From: Aliishimia sp.
GTDB taxonomy: Bacteria; Pseudomonadota; Alphaproteobacteria; Rhodobacterales; Rhodobacteraceae
Direction of reading: 5' to 3'
Length of the DNA: 64,000 bases
NCBI GenBank assembly: GCA_039978895.1
Contig: JBDWAL010000055.1
Span: 274,138 to 338,137 of the forward strand
Below are positions 8,778 to 20,380 of this stretch, one piece after another (the first letter of the stretch is position 1; each line of letters begins with the position of its first letter). The notes beneath the pieces were generated by a model. The model had not been told where the DNA came from. It made no database searches and saw only the letters and a program-made list of their open reading frames with translations. A program made the position numbers and the translations under genes.

Positions 8778-10670
8778 TTAGTTGGTCGCGTAGCCCAAGC
8801 CCTGAAGCGCGACTTTGATCTCATCCAAGATCGCGGGGTCGTCAATCGTCGCGGGCATTTTGAACGTTTCACTGTCGGCGATTTTCACCATCGTGGCCCG
8901 CAATATCTTCCCGGAGCGGGTCTTGGGCAAACGATCCACCACCACAGCCAATTTGAAAGCGGCTACAGGGCCAATTTTTTCGCGCACGAGCTTCACACAT
9001 TCGGCTGTGATCTCTGCGTGTGGCCGGTTCACACCGGAGGTCAAGCAAACAAAACCCATTGGCAATTGCCCTTTGAGGGCATCCGTGACACCAATCACAG
9101 CACATTCTGCGACATCGGGATGACCGGCTAGGACCTCCTCCATGGCACCGGTGCTTAGGCGGTGACCAGCTACATTGATCACATCATCCGTGCGGGCCAT
9201 GATGTAGAGATATCCATCCTCGTCGATCATACCCGCGTCACCTGTTTCATAGTAACCGGGAAAGGTGTTTAGATAGCTTTTCTTAAACCGATCCGTTGCA
9301 TTCCAGAGTGTGGGCAGCGTGCCGGGTGGCAGTGGTAGTTTAATAGCAATCGCACCAAGATCGCCCGTCGCCATTTGATTGCCGCCCTCGTCCAAAATCT
9401 GCACGTCATAACCGGGCATGGCCACAGTCGGAGAGCCGATTTTGACGGGCATCGCTTCCAGTCCCGCCGGATTGCCCGCAATCGTGTAGCCGGTCTCGGT
9501 CTGCCACCAATGATCATAGACGGGCTTGTCCAAAATAGTCTGTGCCCATTCAATTGTGTCTGGGTCAGCGCGCTCACCCGCTAGATACAAGGCGCGCAAG
9601 CAGGACAAGTCGTATTTTGCGGCAAATTCACCTTTGGGGTCTTCTCGTTTAACAGCTCGGATTGCGGTTGGGGCGGTGAAAAAACTGCGCACGTTATGTT
9701 CAGAAATTACCCGCCAGAATGTGCCTGGATCAGGTGTGCCCACGGGCTTGCCTTCAAAGACCACAGTCGTGTTGCCGTGGATCAAAGGCGCATAGCAAAT
9801 ATAAGAATGCCCCACGACCCAACCCACATCCGATGCGGCCCAGAACACATCGCCCGGGTCCACGTTGTAAATATTCTTCATGGTCCAATTGAGGGCAACA
9901 AGATGGCCCGCAGTAGGTCGGACCACGCCCTTGGGTGCGCCTGTGGTGCCGGACGTGTACAAAATATAGGCGGGGTGGGTGCCTTCAACGGGAACGCATT
10001 CGGCTGGGGCTTGGCCGTCCTGCATTTCATGCCAGTCGAAATCGCGGCCAGTTTCTAGGGGGGCAACTTCCTGTTCGCGTTGTAAAATCACGCAGAATTC
10101 GGGTTTGTGTGTTGCGATCTCGATTGCGCCGTCAAGAAGGGGTTTGTACTTGACCACACGTCCCGGTTCTAAGCCGCAAGACGCGGCAATAATTGCCTTG
10201 GGCGTGCAGTCGTCAATGCGTACAGCCAGTTCATTGGCTGCAAACCCACCAAACACAACGGAGTGTATCGCGCCAAGGCGCGCGCAGGCCAACATGGCTT
10301 CCAAGGCTTCGGGGACCATGGGCATGTAAATTATGACACGATCACCTTTCTCAACGCCTTTTGCGCGTAACGCTCCGGCAAGCGTGGCGACGCGGGTTTG
10401 CAGATCTGCATAGGTAATGGAGTGTTTGGTTTGGGTGATCGGACTGTCGTAAATGATCGCAGCCTGTGCGCCGCGCCCATTCTCAACATGACGATCCACT
10501 GCGTTGTAACAGGTGTTGACCTGCGTATCTGCGAACCATTCAAACATGTGTTCGCCCCGATCAAACAGGGCTTGTGTTGGCGGCTGGATCCAATCGATGG
10601 CCTGTGCTTGTTCAAGCCAGAAGCCTTCTGGATCAGATTGCCATTGTGCGTATGTCTCCCGGTAACCCAT
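8778..10670 (-). CDS. prpE: propionate--CoA ligase (acetyl-CoA synthetase family)
   Basis: 630 aa; MGYRETYAQWQSDPEGFWLEQAQAIDW, YTSGTTGAPKGV, YYETGDAG and PKTRSGKILR. Start set at ATG 10670. Confidence 0.8.
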   Translation of the reverse strand: MGYRETYAQWQSDPEGFWLEQAQAIDWIQPPTQALFDRGEHMFEWFADTQVNTCYNAVDRHVENGRGAQAAIIYDSPITQTKHSITYADLQTRVATLAGALRAKGVEKGDRVIIYMPMVPEALEAMLACARLGAIHSVVFGGFAANELAVRIDDCTPKAIIAASCGLEPGRVVKYKPLLDGAIEIATHKPEFCVILQREQEVAPLETGRDFDWHEMQDGQAPAECVPVEGTHPAYILYTSGTTGAPKGVVRPTAGHLVALNWTMKNIYNVDPGDVFWAASDVGWVVGHSYICYAPLIHGNTTVVFEGKPVGTPDPGTFWRVISEHNVRSFFTAPTAIRAVKREDPKGEFAAKYDLSCLRALYLAGERADPDTIEWAQTILDKPVYDHWWQTETGYTIAGNPAGLEAMPVKIGSPTVAMPGYDVQILDEGGNQMATGDLGAIAIKLPLPPGTLPTLWNATDRFKKSYLNTFPGYYETGDAGMIDEDGYLYIMARTDDVINVAGHRLSTGAMEEVLAGHPDVAECAVIGVTDALKGQLPMGFVCLTSGVNRPHAEITAECVKLVREKIGPVAAFKLAVVVDRLPKTRSGKILRATMVKIADSETFKMPATIDDPAILDEIKVALQGLGYATN

Positions 10671-10759
10671 CGCGATACCCTCCCTCGTATTTATTCGAAC
10701 ACCTTTTGCGCGCGTAGCCCAAAGGAGCAAGTCCCGTGAGCGGTATCCGTGACAGTTTG

Positions 10760-11467
10760 TTACAGTTGAATATGTATGTGATCATCGTGACGGGCAGGGC
10801 GACAGCCTTGAAACCGTATCTTTTGATGCGACACCCCGGCGCTGGCTTGCAGGTGAGGTTCGATCAAAATCTTGCCCACACGTTCATCATTGGACAATAG
10901 ATCAAGGAGGGTTTGCATGCGTTCATTGTCTGTTTCCATTTTGGGCAACAAGACTTGCAACCACTTCATATCCCAACGTAAATCAAACCATCGCGGGGGA
11001 CAGGATGTCGGCCCGACCGCATAGCCCCAGTATCCCAAAGGGGAGGGGCTGCGACCCGGTTGATACACGCCGTTCATCTTCCAATACAAAGCAAGATCAA
11101 GCTTTTCTCCGTCATCGTGGGACAAATGTGGAAGCAACGGGAAGTTGTCCCAAAATGGGAAGTTTCCATCCAAGCTTCGCGTCTGCGTTCCGGGGTGCTT
11201 CTCCTCCATCGAATTTGCAAGATCATGCACAACGGCCGCCACCTCGGGGGAGACATAGCGGCGATTCAAAGCACAATAGAGCACGGACTGAGACATCAAG
11301 CTGCCCTCGCTAATGCACGGCAAAGGAACCCGGCTCGAAAGATGCGGCGCAAGTTGCAAAGCCGCCAAAGACAGTGCGCAGTAGGTTATAGAAAACACCA
11401 GCCAAGGCCGTTTGAAGCATAGGGCAAAAAGCCAAGCCGCCCCACCAACCTGCGTAAGCATGGTCAA
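10760..11467 (-). CDS. membrane-anchored MepA-like (LAS/M74-type) metallopeptidase homolog
   Basis: N-terminal TM segments; LPHLSHDDGEKLDLAL and C-terminal RPARHDDHIHIQL resemble the H-x-x-x-D / H-x-H zinc motifs of penicillin-insensitive murein endopeptidase. Confidence 0.45.
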   Translation of the reverse strand: MTMLTQVGGAAWLFALCFKRPWLVFSITYCALSLAALQLAPHLSSRVPLPCISEGSLMSQSVLYCALNRRYVSPEVAAVVHDLANSMEEKHPGTQTRSLDGNFPFWDNFPLLPHLSHDDGEKLDLALYWKMNGVYQPGRSPSPLGYWGYAVGPTSCPPRWFDLRWDMKWLQVLLPKMETDNERMQTLLDLLSNDERVGKILIEPHLQASAGVSHQKIRFQGCRPARHDDHIHIQL

Positions 11468-11521
11468 AAGGGCGGCGAACAGGAGATGTCCTAGGATACG
11501 CGCTATGTGTTCAATTCCGAA

Positions 11522-13795
11522 TTAGCCGTACTGATCCACAGGCGTACCTGCGATTGCTGTCATATTCAGCAATCCACGCGTTGTGATCGCTGGTGTCACA
11601 ATGTGCGCGCGGTTGCCCATACCCATCAAGATGGGACCGACTTCAAGCCCGCCGCCCTTCATCTTCAAGATGTTGCGAACACCTGAAGCGGCATCCGCAT
11701 TGGAAAATATCAATGTGTTTGCAGCGCCTTGCATGCGGTTATTCGGGAATATTCTTGCCCGTAACTCTGGATCAAGTGCAGTGTCGATGTTCATTTCACC
11801 TTCATAGCAAAAGTCGCGCGGGCTTGCGTCTAGGATGTCCATGGCGGCCCTCATGCGCGCGCCTGACCCTTCGATCCGGTTGCCAAACTGGGACTGCGCG
11901 CAAAAGGCAATATTGGGGTCCAACCCAAAGCGGCGCACGTGGCGGGCCGCGCCGATGGCAATCTCTGAGAGGTCTTCCGGACTTGGAGTTGTGTGCACAT
12001 GTGGGTCGGCAATAAATAACGGACCGTCTTCCAAGATCATCATGCTGAGCGCACCTACTGGATGCGGCCCATCCCGACCTAAGACTTGAGCCACGTAGTT
12101 CAGGTGCCAGCGAAATTCACCAAATGTGCCGCAGATAAGGCTATCGGCTTCACCGCGTTGAACCATGACTGCGCCAATGGCTGTTGTGTTTGTGCGCATG
12201 ATCGCGCGTGCCAGATCAGGCGTTACGCCACGCCTGGCCATCAATTCATGATAGGTGCCCCAATAATCACGATATCGAGAATCGTTTTCCGGATTCACCA
12301 CTTCGAATTCTATGCCCGGACGGATTTTAAGTCCAAGGCGTTCACAACGCCGTTCGATCACCTCGGGACGTCCAATAAGGATTGGCTTTTCGGTGGTCTC
12401 TTCGAGAATGGCTTGGGCTACGCGTAAAACACGTTCATCTTCCCCTTCTGCAAAAACGATCTGGCGGGATGCAGTGGCCGCAGCCTCAAAGACGGGGCGC
12501 ATCAGAAGGGCCGATTTGAACACCGATCCCTGTAATTCCTGGGTGTAGGCTTCAAGATCAGCGATGGGACGGGTTGCGACACCTGTGTCCATAGCGGCTT
12601 TTGCGACGGCCGTAGAGACGACCCCAATCAAACGCGGATCGAACGGTTTCGGGATCAAATAATCGGCCCCAAATGTCAGTTGTTCGCCTTTATAGGCCGC
12701 GGCGGCTTCAGCGCTGGTTGTGGCGCGCGCCAATTGAGCGATCCCGGCCACGCAAGCCAGTTCCATATCGCTATTGATTGTGGTCGCACCCACATCCAAC
12801 GCGCCACGGAAGATAAAGGGGAAGCACAGTACGTTGTTGACCTGATTGGGGAAATCACTCCGGCCCGTCGCTATGATTGCATCTGGGGCCGCTTCGCGTG
12901 CCAGATCTGGCAAGATTTCCGGCGTCGGATTGGCGAGCGCGAAAATGATCGGTTTTGACGCCATTTGGCGGACGTGTTCTTGGGTCATGACCCCTGGTCC
13001 AGACAAACCAAGGAACATATCGGCACCCTCGATCACATCATCCAAAGTGCGCTTGTCTGAGGGCTGCGCGAACTCGGACTTGGCAGGGTTCATGTCGATC
13101 TCACGGCCCTCATAGACCAATCCATGCACATCACAGAGCCAAATATTCTCGCGTTTCACACCGAGTTTCAAAAGCAAATTGAGACATGCGATCCCGGCAG
13201 CGCCGCCACCTGTTGAAACCAGTTTGATGTCCTCGAACTTCTTGCCCGCAACATGCAATGCGTTGGTGGCAGCCGCCCCAACGACGATGGCCGTGCCGTG
13301 CTGGTCATCGTGGAAAACGGGAATGCCCATGCGTTCACGGCACAAGCGTTCAACTGTGAAACAATCTGGTGCTTTGATATCTTCAAGATTGATCGCGCCA
13401 AACGTTGGTTCCAAAGCGCACACGATATCTGCAAGTTTCTCGGGGTCAGTTTCGTTGAGCTCAATGTCAAAACAGTCAATGCCCGCGAATTTCTTGAAGA
13501 GAACTGCCTTGCCTTCCATCACCGGTTTTGAGGCCAACGGACCGATATCACCGAGGCCCAGAACCGCCGTGCCATTTGTTACCACAGCCACAAGGTTCCC
13601 GCGCGCTGTGTAGTCACGCGCTGTGTCAGGATTGTCCTTTATTTCCAGGCAGGCTTCGGCCACGCCCGGCGAATACGCGCGCGCCAGATCGCGGCCATTG
13701 GCCAGCGGTTTGGTCGCCCTGATTTCCAATTTTCCTGGCTTGGGGTAGCGGTGATAATGTAGGGCTGCATCGCGAAGACTGGGTGTATCTGACAT
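11522..13795 (-). CDS. maeB: NADP-dependent malic enzyme (malic enzyme + PTA-like domain)
   Basis: 757 aa; [15 protein letters not shown] and YSPGVA; NAD(P)-binding GGGAAGIA; C-terminal phosphate-acetyltransferase-like domain. Confidence 0.95.
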   Translation of the reverse strand: MSDTPSLRDAALHYHRYPKPGKLEIRATKPLANGRDLARAYSPGVAEACLEIKDNPDTARDYTARGNLVAVVTNGTAVLGLGDIGPLASKPVMEGKAVLFKKFAGIDCFDIELNETDPEKLADIVCALEPTFGAINLEDIKAPDCFTVERLCRERMGIPVFHDDQHGTAIVVGAAATNALHVAGKKFEDIKLVSTGGGAAGIACLNLLLKLGVKRENIWLCDVHGLVYEGREIDMNPAKSEFAQPSDKRTLDDVIEGADMFLGLSGPGVMTQEHVRQMASKPIIFALANPTPEILPDLAREAAPDAIIATGRSDFPNQVNNVLCFPFIFRGALDVGATTINSDMELACVAGIAQLARATTSAEAAAAYKGEQLTFGADYLIPKPFDPRLIGVVSTAVAKAAMDTGVATRPIADLEAYTQELQGSVFKSALLMRPVFEAAATASRQIVFAEGEDERVLRVAQAILEETTEKPILIGRPEVIERRCERLGLKIRPGIEFEVVNPENDSRYRDYWGTYHELMARRGVTPDLARAIMRTNTTAIGAVMVQRGEADSLICGTFGEFRWHLNYVAQVLGRDGPHPVGALSMMILEDGPLFIADPHVHTTPSPEDLSEIAIGAARHVRRFGLDPNIAFCAQSQFGNRIEGSGARMRAAMDILDASPRDFCYEGEMNIDTALDPELRARIFPNNRMQGAANTLIFSNADAASGVRNILKMKGGGLEVGPILMGMGNRAHIVTPAITTRGLLNMTAIAGTPVDQYG

Positions 13796-14143
13796 CGGTA
13801 AGGGTTCCTCCCAAGAATTAGTTTAGTGTTAAACTATTTTTTTGTCACCTTGAAACTGCGGCGCATAAGCGCGCCTTTTTGCCGTGCAAAAAGTTAACGA
13901 TGAGTTGCTATTGGAGACGTGAAGTCCGACCGCGCCAATTTGCCTCAAAGGCTTGTCAATCAGTGCAGGGCGTTTCACTTTGGCTGCATGGTACAGACTC
14001 GGGCTCATTTTCAGACACGACTTCAAATTGCCGTTGGGGATACCTTTGTCATTCCGCCCACAATGAAGGTGCGCTATAGCAATGCTCCGGATGACAATGA
14101 ATTTCTCTTGCTGGGGCAAGCGACGACATATGCAAAGGTGTAA

Positions 14144-14530
14144 ATGATGCTCAAAGACGCAGCGGTTGCAGTCCGCCTGAATGCACATGCCCCCTATTCC
14201 AATTTTAAGGTCGGTGCGGCGATCAGTACGCCCTCGGGCGCAGTATATTCTGGATGCAATGTGGAGAACGTCGCTTACCCAGAAGGCACCTGTGCTGAAG
14301 CCGGGGCCATCGCGGCTATGGTCGCAGCAGGCGAAACAGAGATAAAAGAAGTCTACATCGTTGCAGGAAGTCCGATGCCAGTCACGCCTTGCGGCGGATG
14401 TCGGCAGAAAATGGCAGAATTCGGTGGTGGCGATGTCCGCGTGACAATGGCAACAACTGGTGGCGTGGAACTAGTAATGACCTTGGCAGAATTACTGCCG
14501 GGTGCGTTCACACCTGAGCACATGGAATAA
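14144..14530 (+). CDS. cdd: cytidine deaminase
   Basis: 128 aa with zinc motifs CAEAGAI and PCGGCRQ. Confidence 0.9.
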   Translation: MMLKDAAVAVRLNAHAPYSNFKVGAAISTPSGAVYSGCNVENVAYPEGTCAEAGAIAAMVAAGETEIKEVYIVAGSPMPVTPCGGCRQKMAEFGGGDVRVTMATTGGVELVMTLAELLPGAFTPEHME

Positions 14531-14541
14531 GGCAAACCCAA

Positions 14542-15849
14542 ATGGATGCGCGTTCGATTATTGCCAAGTTACGGCACAAACAAAGCCCTTCACGGGAAGA
14601 ACTTACGTGGTTTGCGCAAGGTTTAGCGGATCAAACGGTGTCTGATGCGCAAGCCGGAGCGTTTGCAATGGGAATTTGTCTCAGCGGTTTGAGCGATTTG
14701 GGCCGTGTCGCATTGACGATTGCCATGCGCGACTCTGGCGCGGTGATGGATTGGTCTCACCTCGATAAACCGGTTTTGGATAAGCACTCGACGGGCGGCG
14801 TTGGTGACTGTGTGTCGTTGGTTTTAGCTCCGGCGCTTGCGGCGTGCGGCGCGGCAGTCCCGATGATTTCCGGACGCGGCTTGGGCCATACAGGCGGGAC
14901 ACTGGACAAGCTCGAGGCCATTCCGGGACTGTCCACAAGTCTGTCTGAACGGCGTTTGCGCGAAACTTTGGACCAAGCGGGGGCGGCGATTGTCGGCGCG
15001 ACCAGTAACATCGCGCCTGCCGATAAACGGCTCTACGCGATCCGTGATGTCACCTCGACGGTGGAAAGCCTTGATTTGATCACGGCATCGATCTTGTCCA
15101 AGAAGTTGGCCGCAGGTTTGGACGGTTTGGTGTTGGATGTAAAAGTCGGGTCGGGCGCATTCATGAAAGACATGGACGATGCGCAGGCATTGGCGGATGC
15201 GCTTGTGCGCACGGCCAATGCTGCGGGATGCAAGACGACGGCGTTGATCACGGACATGAACCAACCGCTTGTGCCTGCGCTGGGGAATGCGCTTGAGGTG
15301 GCCGAAGTTGCCCGTGTGTTAACAGGCGGCGGCGGCGGCGCTTTGGCAGACATTTGTGCGGCTTTAGGTGGCGTATTGCTCGCGGGTGGCGGGCTTGCAA
15401 GCGATGTCCAAGACGGCGCAAATCAAGTGGCTCGCGTGATCCGAGATGGGCGCGCTGCTGAGGTGTTTGGGCGGATGATCGCAGCGCAAGGCGGACCTTT
15501 GGCTTTCATGGATAACTGGTCAAGATTTTTGCCAGAGGCCACGGTGATCCGCGAAATCACTGCACGCGACACGGGATATGTCACCGCGATTGACGGGGAA
15601 GCCTTGGGGCTTGCCGTTGTAAGGCTAGGCGGCGGGCGCATGGTCGAAACCGACGCAATTGACCCAGCCGTTGGGTATTCAGAATTGATTTCGTTGGGCA
15701 CCAAAGTCAGCAAGGGAACCGTTCTGGGGGTCGTGCATGCGGTGCGACCCAAAGAAGCCGATGTTGCCGAAGCGGCGCTGCGCTCAGCAATTACGATTGG
15801 GGCGAGCGCCCCTAAGAAAGCGGATTTGATCCGGGCCTTGGTCGAATAA
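14542..15849 (+). CDS. deoA: thymidine phosphorylase
   Basis: 435 aa with [10 protein letters not shown] and [16 protein letters not shown]. Confidence 0.95.
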   Translation: MDARSIIAKLRHKQSPSREELTWFAQGLADQTVSDAQAGAFAMGICLSGLSDLGRVALTIAMRDSGAVMDWSHLDKPVLDKHSTGGVGDCVSLVLAPALAACGAAVPMISGRGLGHTGGTLDKLEAIPGLSTSLSERRLRETLDQAGAAIVGATSNIAPADKRLYAIRDVTSTVESLDLITASILSKKLAAGLDGLVLDVKVGSGAFMKDMDDAQALADALVRTANAAGCKTTALITDMNQPLVPALGNALEVAEVARVLTGGGGGALADICAALGGVLLAGGGLASDVQDGANQVARVIRDGRAAEVFGRMIAAQGGPLAFMDNWSRFLPEATVIREITARDTGYVTAIDGEALGLAVVRLGGGRMVETDAIDPAVGYSELISLGTKVSKGTVLGVVHAVRPKEADVAEAALRSAITIGASAPKKADLIRALVE

Positions 15850-17015
15850 TGCCGCGCGCATTTCTAGTTGTAATTGACAGTGTTGGTATCGGTGGGGCGC
15901 CTGATGCTGCCGAGTTCTTCAACGGGGATATTCCGGACACTGGCGCGAACACACTGGGGCATATTGCGAATGTCTGCCAAGAGCGCGCAGAAGGGCCTTT
16001 GAATTTGCCCAATATGGCAAAGTTAGGATTATGGGATGCACTGGAGGCTTCAAGTGGCCTACGTGTCTCGAAGGTTGAAAACAGTGGTACATGGGGCGTC
16101 GCGCGCGAGGTGTCTTTGGGCAAAGATACCCCGTCCGGCCATTGGGAATTGGCCGGATTGCCCGTGCCCTGGGATTGGCATTATTTCACCAAAAAAACGG
16201 ATAGTTTTTCACCTGATTTGATCAAGGCCATTTGCACGGCCGCGAATTCTCAAGGTATTTTGGGCAATTGCCATGCATCGGGAACTTCGATCATCGCAGA
16301 GCACGGCGATGCCCATATGCAAACGGGGTGGCCGATTTGTTATACCTCTGCTGATAGTGTGCTGCAGATTGCAGCCCATGAAGATAGCTTTGGGCTGGAT
16401 CGGCTGTTGCAGCTTTGCGCGGATATCGCCCCGATTGTGCATGACATGAAAGTTGGGCGCGTGATTGCACGTCCCTTTGTTGGGACGCCGGGCGTGTTTG
16501 AACGCACAACAAATCGGCGTGACTTCGCGATAATGCCGCCGGGTTCGGTGCTTACCAATTGGGCACAAGACGCCGGACGCAGCGTGTATGCGGTTGGCAA
16601 GATTGGCGATATCTTTTCGATGACAGGTATCGATGAAGTGCGAAAAGGCGATGATCATACGCTGATGACGCATTTGGGCGATTTGCTGCGCGATGCTGAA
16701 GATGGCAGTTTGACTTTCGCCAATTTTGTTGAATTTGACAGCCTGTACGGCCATCGGCGCGATGCTTTGGGCTACGCCGCACATTTGGAATGGTTTGACG
16801 CGGCGCTTAAGAATATTCTCGCTGAGTTACGCGACGATGACATGCTGGTTGTCACGGCTGATCATGGGAACGATCCGACTTGGATTGGCACTGACCACAC
16901 CCGCGAACAGGTCCCGGTCTTGGTTGCAGGGCAGGGCGCGGGGCAACTTGGACAGATTGGGTTTGTCGAGGTCGCGCATTTGGTGGCTAAGCATCTTGCG
17001 ATTCCAAATGGGTAA
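15849..17015 (+). CDS. deoB: phosphopentomutase
   Basis: 388 aa with [23 protein letters not shown] and [11 protein letters not shown]. The ATG overlaps the deoA stop. Confidence 0.95.
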   Translation: MPRAFLVVIDSVGIGGAPDAAEFFNGDIPDTGANTLGHIANVCQERAEGPLNLPNMAKLGLWDALEASSGLRVSKVENSGTWGVAREVSLGKDTPSGHWELAGLPVPWDWHYFTKKTDSFSPDLIKAICTAANSQGILGNCHASGTSIIAEHGDAHMQTGWPICYTSADSVLQIAAHEDSFGLDRLLQLCADIAPIVHDMKVGRVIARPFVGTPGVFERTTNRRDFAIMPPGSVLTNWAQDAGRSVYAVGKIGDIFSMTGIDEVRKGDDHTLMTHLGDLLRDAEDGSLTFANFVEFDSLYGHRRDALGYAAHLEWFDAALKNILAELRDDDMLVVTADHGNDPTWIGTDHTREQVPVLVAGQGAGQLGQIGFVEVAHLVAKHLAIPNG

Positions 17016-17149
17016 CGCGCCCGTGGTTTGTCCAGCTCTTCCCGTCAGACCATTTTTCTAGAGAAGAACACGACTGACAAGCGCTTCCATGGCTTGCATG
17101 GAGCGTGCAGGGTTGTCACAAGTGGGGCGGCTTAAAAGGAATCTCCCCG

Positions 17150-17782
17150 ATGTCGGAACATCTAACAATCGTCGATCATCCTCTTGTGCAGCACAAGTTG
17201 AGCTTGATGCGCGACGCGGGCACATCGACCGCAGTGTTTCGCCAATTGTTGCGTGAGATCAGCCAGTTGCTGGCCTACGAAATTACACGCAACTTGCCGA
17301 TGACGACGCGCGAAATCAAGACACCGATGACCACCATGGCGGCGCCAGTGTTAGATGGTAAGAAACTGGCTCTTGTGTCCATCTTGCGTGCGGGCAACGG
17401 GTTGTTGGATGGTGTTTTGGAACTGGTTCCGTCAGCGCGGGTCGGGTTTGTTGGACTGTACCGCGATGAAGAAACTCTAAAACCTGTGCAATACTACTGT
17501 AAATTACCTGAGGCTCTCGAAGATCGTTTGGTGATTGCAGTTGATCCAATGCTGGCGACGGGCAACTCGTCGGTGGCAGCCATCGATCTTTTGAAAGCGT
17601 CAGGTGCAACGAATATTCGCTTTTTGTGTTTGCTGGCCGCTCCGGAAGGCGTGGCGCGGATGAAGGAAGCGCACCCAGACGTGCCGATTGTCACGGCTTC
17701 CTTGGATGAATGCCTGAACGAAGTGGGGTACATCGTCCCCGGCCTTGGCGACGCAGGTGATCGGATGTTTGGCACCAAATAG
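17150..17782 (+). CDS. upp: uracil phosphoribosyltransferase
   Basis: 210 aa from [17 protein letters not shown]; PRPP motif [10 protein letters not shown]; C-terminal [12 protein letters not shown]. Confidence 0.95.
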   Translation: MSEHLTIVDHPLVQHKLSLMRDAGTSTAVFRQLLREISQLLAYEITRNLPMTTREIKTPMTTMAAPVLDGKKLALVSILRAGNGLLDGVLELVPSARVGFVGLYRDEETLKPVQYYCKLPEALEDRLVIAVDPMLATGNSSVAAIDLLKASGATNIRFLCLLAAPEGVARMKEAHPDVPIVTASLDECLNEVGYIVPGLGDAGDRMFGTK

Positions 17783-17898
17783 CCCCTGAAATAGGCGCTA
17801 AACAAGGTTTATCCACAGCTTTGTAACCTGAGCGGCTTTACAGAGTCATGGGGGTGGTGCATCGTTACACCACAACATCTTGCGGGGGGTGGCCTGAT

Positions 17899-19311
17899 AT
17901 GAAACTCACTAAACTTGTTTGCGCTGCCATGGTCGCGGCCATGGGGATTGGCTCTACGGCCGGTGCGCAATCGCTGCGTCAGGCTCAAACTCCGGCTGAA
18001 TTTCCGTCATCATCCTATAAAGGCAATCAATATGTAGACAGTCGTGGATGTGTCTATATTCGTGCGGGGATCGATGGAAATGTGACTTGGGTTCCTCGTG
18101 TGTCCCGAGAACGCAGACCCGTTTGCGGGTTGGAACCAACGCAAATCACCAGCGCGCCAGAAGTGGCTGCAGAGGTCCACAGCGTTGAGCAGATCACGTT
18201 GGACACACCTGTCGTGGTTGAGGCGCCAAAGCCTGTTGTTGCGGCTGCTCCTGTTGTGGAACCAAAGAAAACAGCGGCTGTGACACCTCGCCCGAAACGG
18301 ATGCCTGCGGTTCGAAAAGTGAAAACACGCGCGGCTCCGACTGAAACGGTTGCAAGCCAGATTGGAACACCTGCGCCCAAGGTGGCTGCACCAGCACCAG
18401 CACGAGTTGCTGTCGCGGCTCCAGTCGTGGTCGCGGCAAAACCTGCACCTGTCGCAACACCTCGAAAAGCTAATCCCAGCAACGCTGTTTGCACTGGTGC
18501 GTCAACGACCAGCAATCGCTACATAAACACTGCGAGGAAAGGTTTGGTCGTGCGGTGCGGCCCGCAAAGAATCTCTCCGGCTACGCCATTGGCTCAAGGC
18601 ACCGAGGGCGAAATGCGTGTGGTTCCATCGAATGTTGCACGTCGTCGCGCGTCAAATGAGGCCTTTAAGCTACCCGCCGGTTATCGGGCCGCATGGGAAG
18701 ATGACCGCTTGAACCCGAAGCGTGCAGAAGGAACTTTGCAAGGCTGGGGGCAGATGAACCTTGTTTGGTCAAACACTGTACCGCGCCGTTTAATCGACAG
18801 TTCGTCAGGCCGAGATGTGACTGGGGATGTGGCGCTGGTTTATCCGTTTACGGACGTCGAAACGCAACAAGATGAGCTGGGCGAAGTAACTTTTGCGTCG
18901 CGAAATGGTCAAAAGGTTAAGCGTATTTTGCGTAAACCTGGTGCGCCAACTGTTGCGGAATTGGCTGCTCGACCTTCCCCCGTTGTTGCGAGCCGTTCAA
19001 CACCAGCTGCGGCACCGAAAGCCGCCGTACGAGCAAAACCCAAAGCACCTGTTGCAAAAGCAAGGCAAGGTGAGACGTTGGCAGGCAAACGCTACGTACA
19101 GGTTGGAACGTTTGGTGTACCGGCAAATGCGCAAGCGACGGCTTCAAAGTTGAAGCGTTTTGGGTTGCCTGTTCGAATTGGCAAAGTGACACGTGGGGAT
19201 AAGACCTATCGCTTGGTGCTGTCTGGGCCCTTCGTGGATGATGAAACGGCAGAACGTGCGCTGCGTGCAGCCCGCAAAGCTGGTTTCCCAGACGCTTACC
19301 TGCGTCGTTAA
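17899..19311 (+). CDS. SPOR domain-containing protein with a Pro/Ala/Val-rich linker
   Basis: Signal peptide from MKLTKLVCAAM; low-complexity PAV-rich middle region; C-terminal SPOR domain (RYVQVGTFGVPANAQATASKLKRFGLPVRIG...YRLVLSGPF). Confidence 0.85.
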   Translation: MKLTKLVCAAMVAAMGIGSTAGAQSLRQAQTPAEFPSSSYKGNQYVDSRGCVYIRAGIDGNVTWVPRVSRERRPVCGLEPTQITSAPEVAAEVHSVEQITLDTPVVVEAPKPVVAAAPVVEPKKTAAVTPRPKRMPAVRKVKTRAAPTETVASQIGTPAPKVAAPAPARVAVAAPVVVAAKPAPVATPRKANPSNAVCTGASTTSNRYINTARKGLVVRCGPQRISPATPLAQGTEGEMRVVPSNVARRRASNEAFKLPAGYRAAWEDDRLNPKRAEGTLQGWGQMNLVWSNTVPRRLIDSSSGRDVTGDVALVYPFTDVETQQDELGEVTFASRNGQKVKRILRKPGAPTVAELAARPSPVVASRSTPAAAPKAAVRAKPKAPVAKARQGETLAGKRYVQVGTFGVPANAQATASKLKRFGLPVRIGKVTRGDKTYRLVLSGPFVDDETAERALRAARKAGFPDAYLRR

Positions 19312-19366
19312 TTTTTGCCGGCCAAAGGTTTTAGGACACCTGCACCTCACGAAAGGCAAATTCGGC

Positions 19367-20380
19367 TTACGACCCGCAAATATCCTGAAGGCGCAGCCAA
19401 TCTGCATCGTCGAGCAATGGGCTAATAGGTTTGTCACGCATCGGATCGGCTTCTATGAAATTTAAAACAGTCTCACCTGTTATGTCTTGCGCATAAGCGA
19501 ACGGCGTACTGCGAACCCCTGCGGCTTCAAAGCTGGTCAACAAAGCAGATTGAGGCAACTCATGGCGCGGTGCAGTCAAGACATGTTCCCCGTATTCGTC
19601 CAGTGTGTCTGCATCCAACCGTCCCGTGGTCAGCAAACGAAAGGTGGCATAGGTCCCACTATATTCTAGTACATCGCGCAAAGGGTCATGCAGGCCAGCG
19701 ATCGCCACTTCGGTGAGGATATATCCAGCAATGACATCGGGTTCCTCGTGATCTTCTACCAATTGACGGGCCAGCAAAATTTGCCCTCCCGGCAGGTGCA
19801 ACGCGTCCTTAATCCCCCCGCGCATTACGGCCAGATGGGGCGTTTTCAACCTTGTTCCGAGGTGGGACAGACTGGAATTGTTAGCCGTTGTTCCACAGGC
19901 TGGGCCCGTGACACGCTGAATCCGGTTGAACAATGATTGACCGATCTCTGCACGCGCCACATTTGGAACGACACGCAACGTGTGATCGATCAAAGCGCCC
20001 GGCAGCCAAAAGACAGAAGCATAGACTACAGCTGCAGTTGACAATGACATGCCCACCCAGCGAACGCGTCCCGGACGAGGTCTTGCGCGATCTATGGCGC
20101 GTCGGAGCGTTTCAATGGCATCCACCATATCGACTTCTTCCGCACCCAATTCGAGCTCTTCGCCCGGATCGCCATCCGGATGAAACCGCGCTGGGGTCTT
20201 GCCTGGATTGGCCCGTTCAATTGCAGCCAAAGACCAGTGCGCCAAGGCCTGATCGTTGGTCGCTTTGATTGTTAACGTCGCATCACCCAATGTTGCTACC
20301 ACGTCACGGCGCTGGCTATCCGCGGTTGGACGCCACAGGCCGGATGCTTCGATCCGATCATATTTTTTGAGCGCGGTCAT
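19367..20380 (-). CDS. hypothetical membrane protein (possible inactive M48-like domain)
   Basis: 337-aa ORF with a central TM (VGMSLSTAAVVYASVFWLPGAL). The C-terminal region resembles an M48 protease core, but TEVAIAG stands where HExxH would be. Confidence 0.6.
   Translation of the reverse strand: MTALKKYDRIEASGLWRPTADSQRRDVVATLGDATLTIKATNDQALAHWSLAAIERANPGKTPARFHPDGDPGEELELGAEEVDMVDAIETLRRAIDRARPRPGRVRWVGMSLSTAAVVYASVFWLPGALIDHTLRVVPNVARAEIGQSLFNRIQRVTGPACGTTANNSSLSHLGTRLKTPHLAVMRGGIKDALHLPGGQILLARQLVEDHEEPDVIAGYILTEVAIAGLHDPLRDVLEYSGTYATFRLLTTGRLDADTLDEYGEHVLTAPRHELPQSALLTSFEAAGVRSTPFAYAQDITGETVLNFIEADPMRDKPISPLLDDADWLRLQDICGS

Noticed and set aside
13919-14143. A 74-codon ORF (GTG start) that ends with TAA immediately before the cdd ATG, inside the 348-nt maeB/cdd intergenic region. 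I considered a coupled upstream gene.
   Set aside because: No RBS, recognisable family or distinctive codon bias was found. The region more likely holds the divergent promoters. Comparative conservation of the frame would be needed to revive it.
15325-15339. (GGC)5 microsatellite.
   Set aside because: It simply encodes the Gly run (TGGGGGAL) inside deoA. It is too short to be a notable repeat.
18190-18480. Apparent repetitiveness in the SPOR gene.
   Set aside because: This is Pro/Ala/Val-rich low-complexity coding sequence, a typical SPOR-protein linker. It contains no exact tandem DNA repeats.
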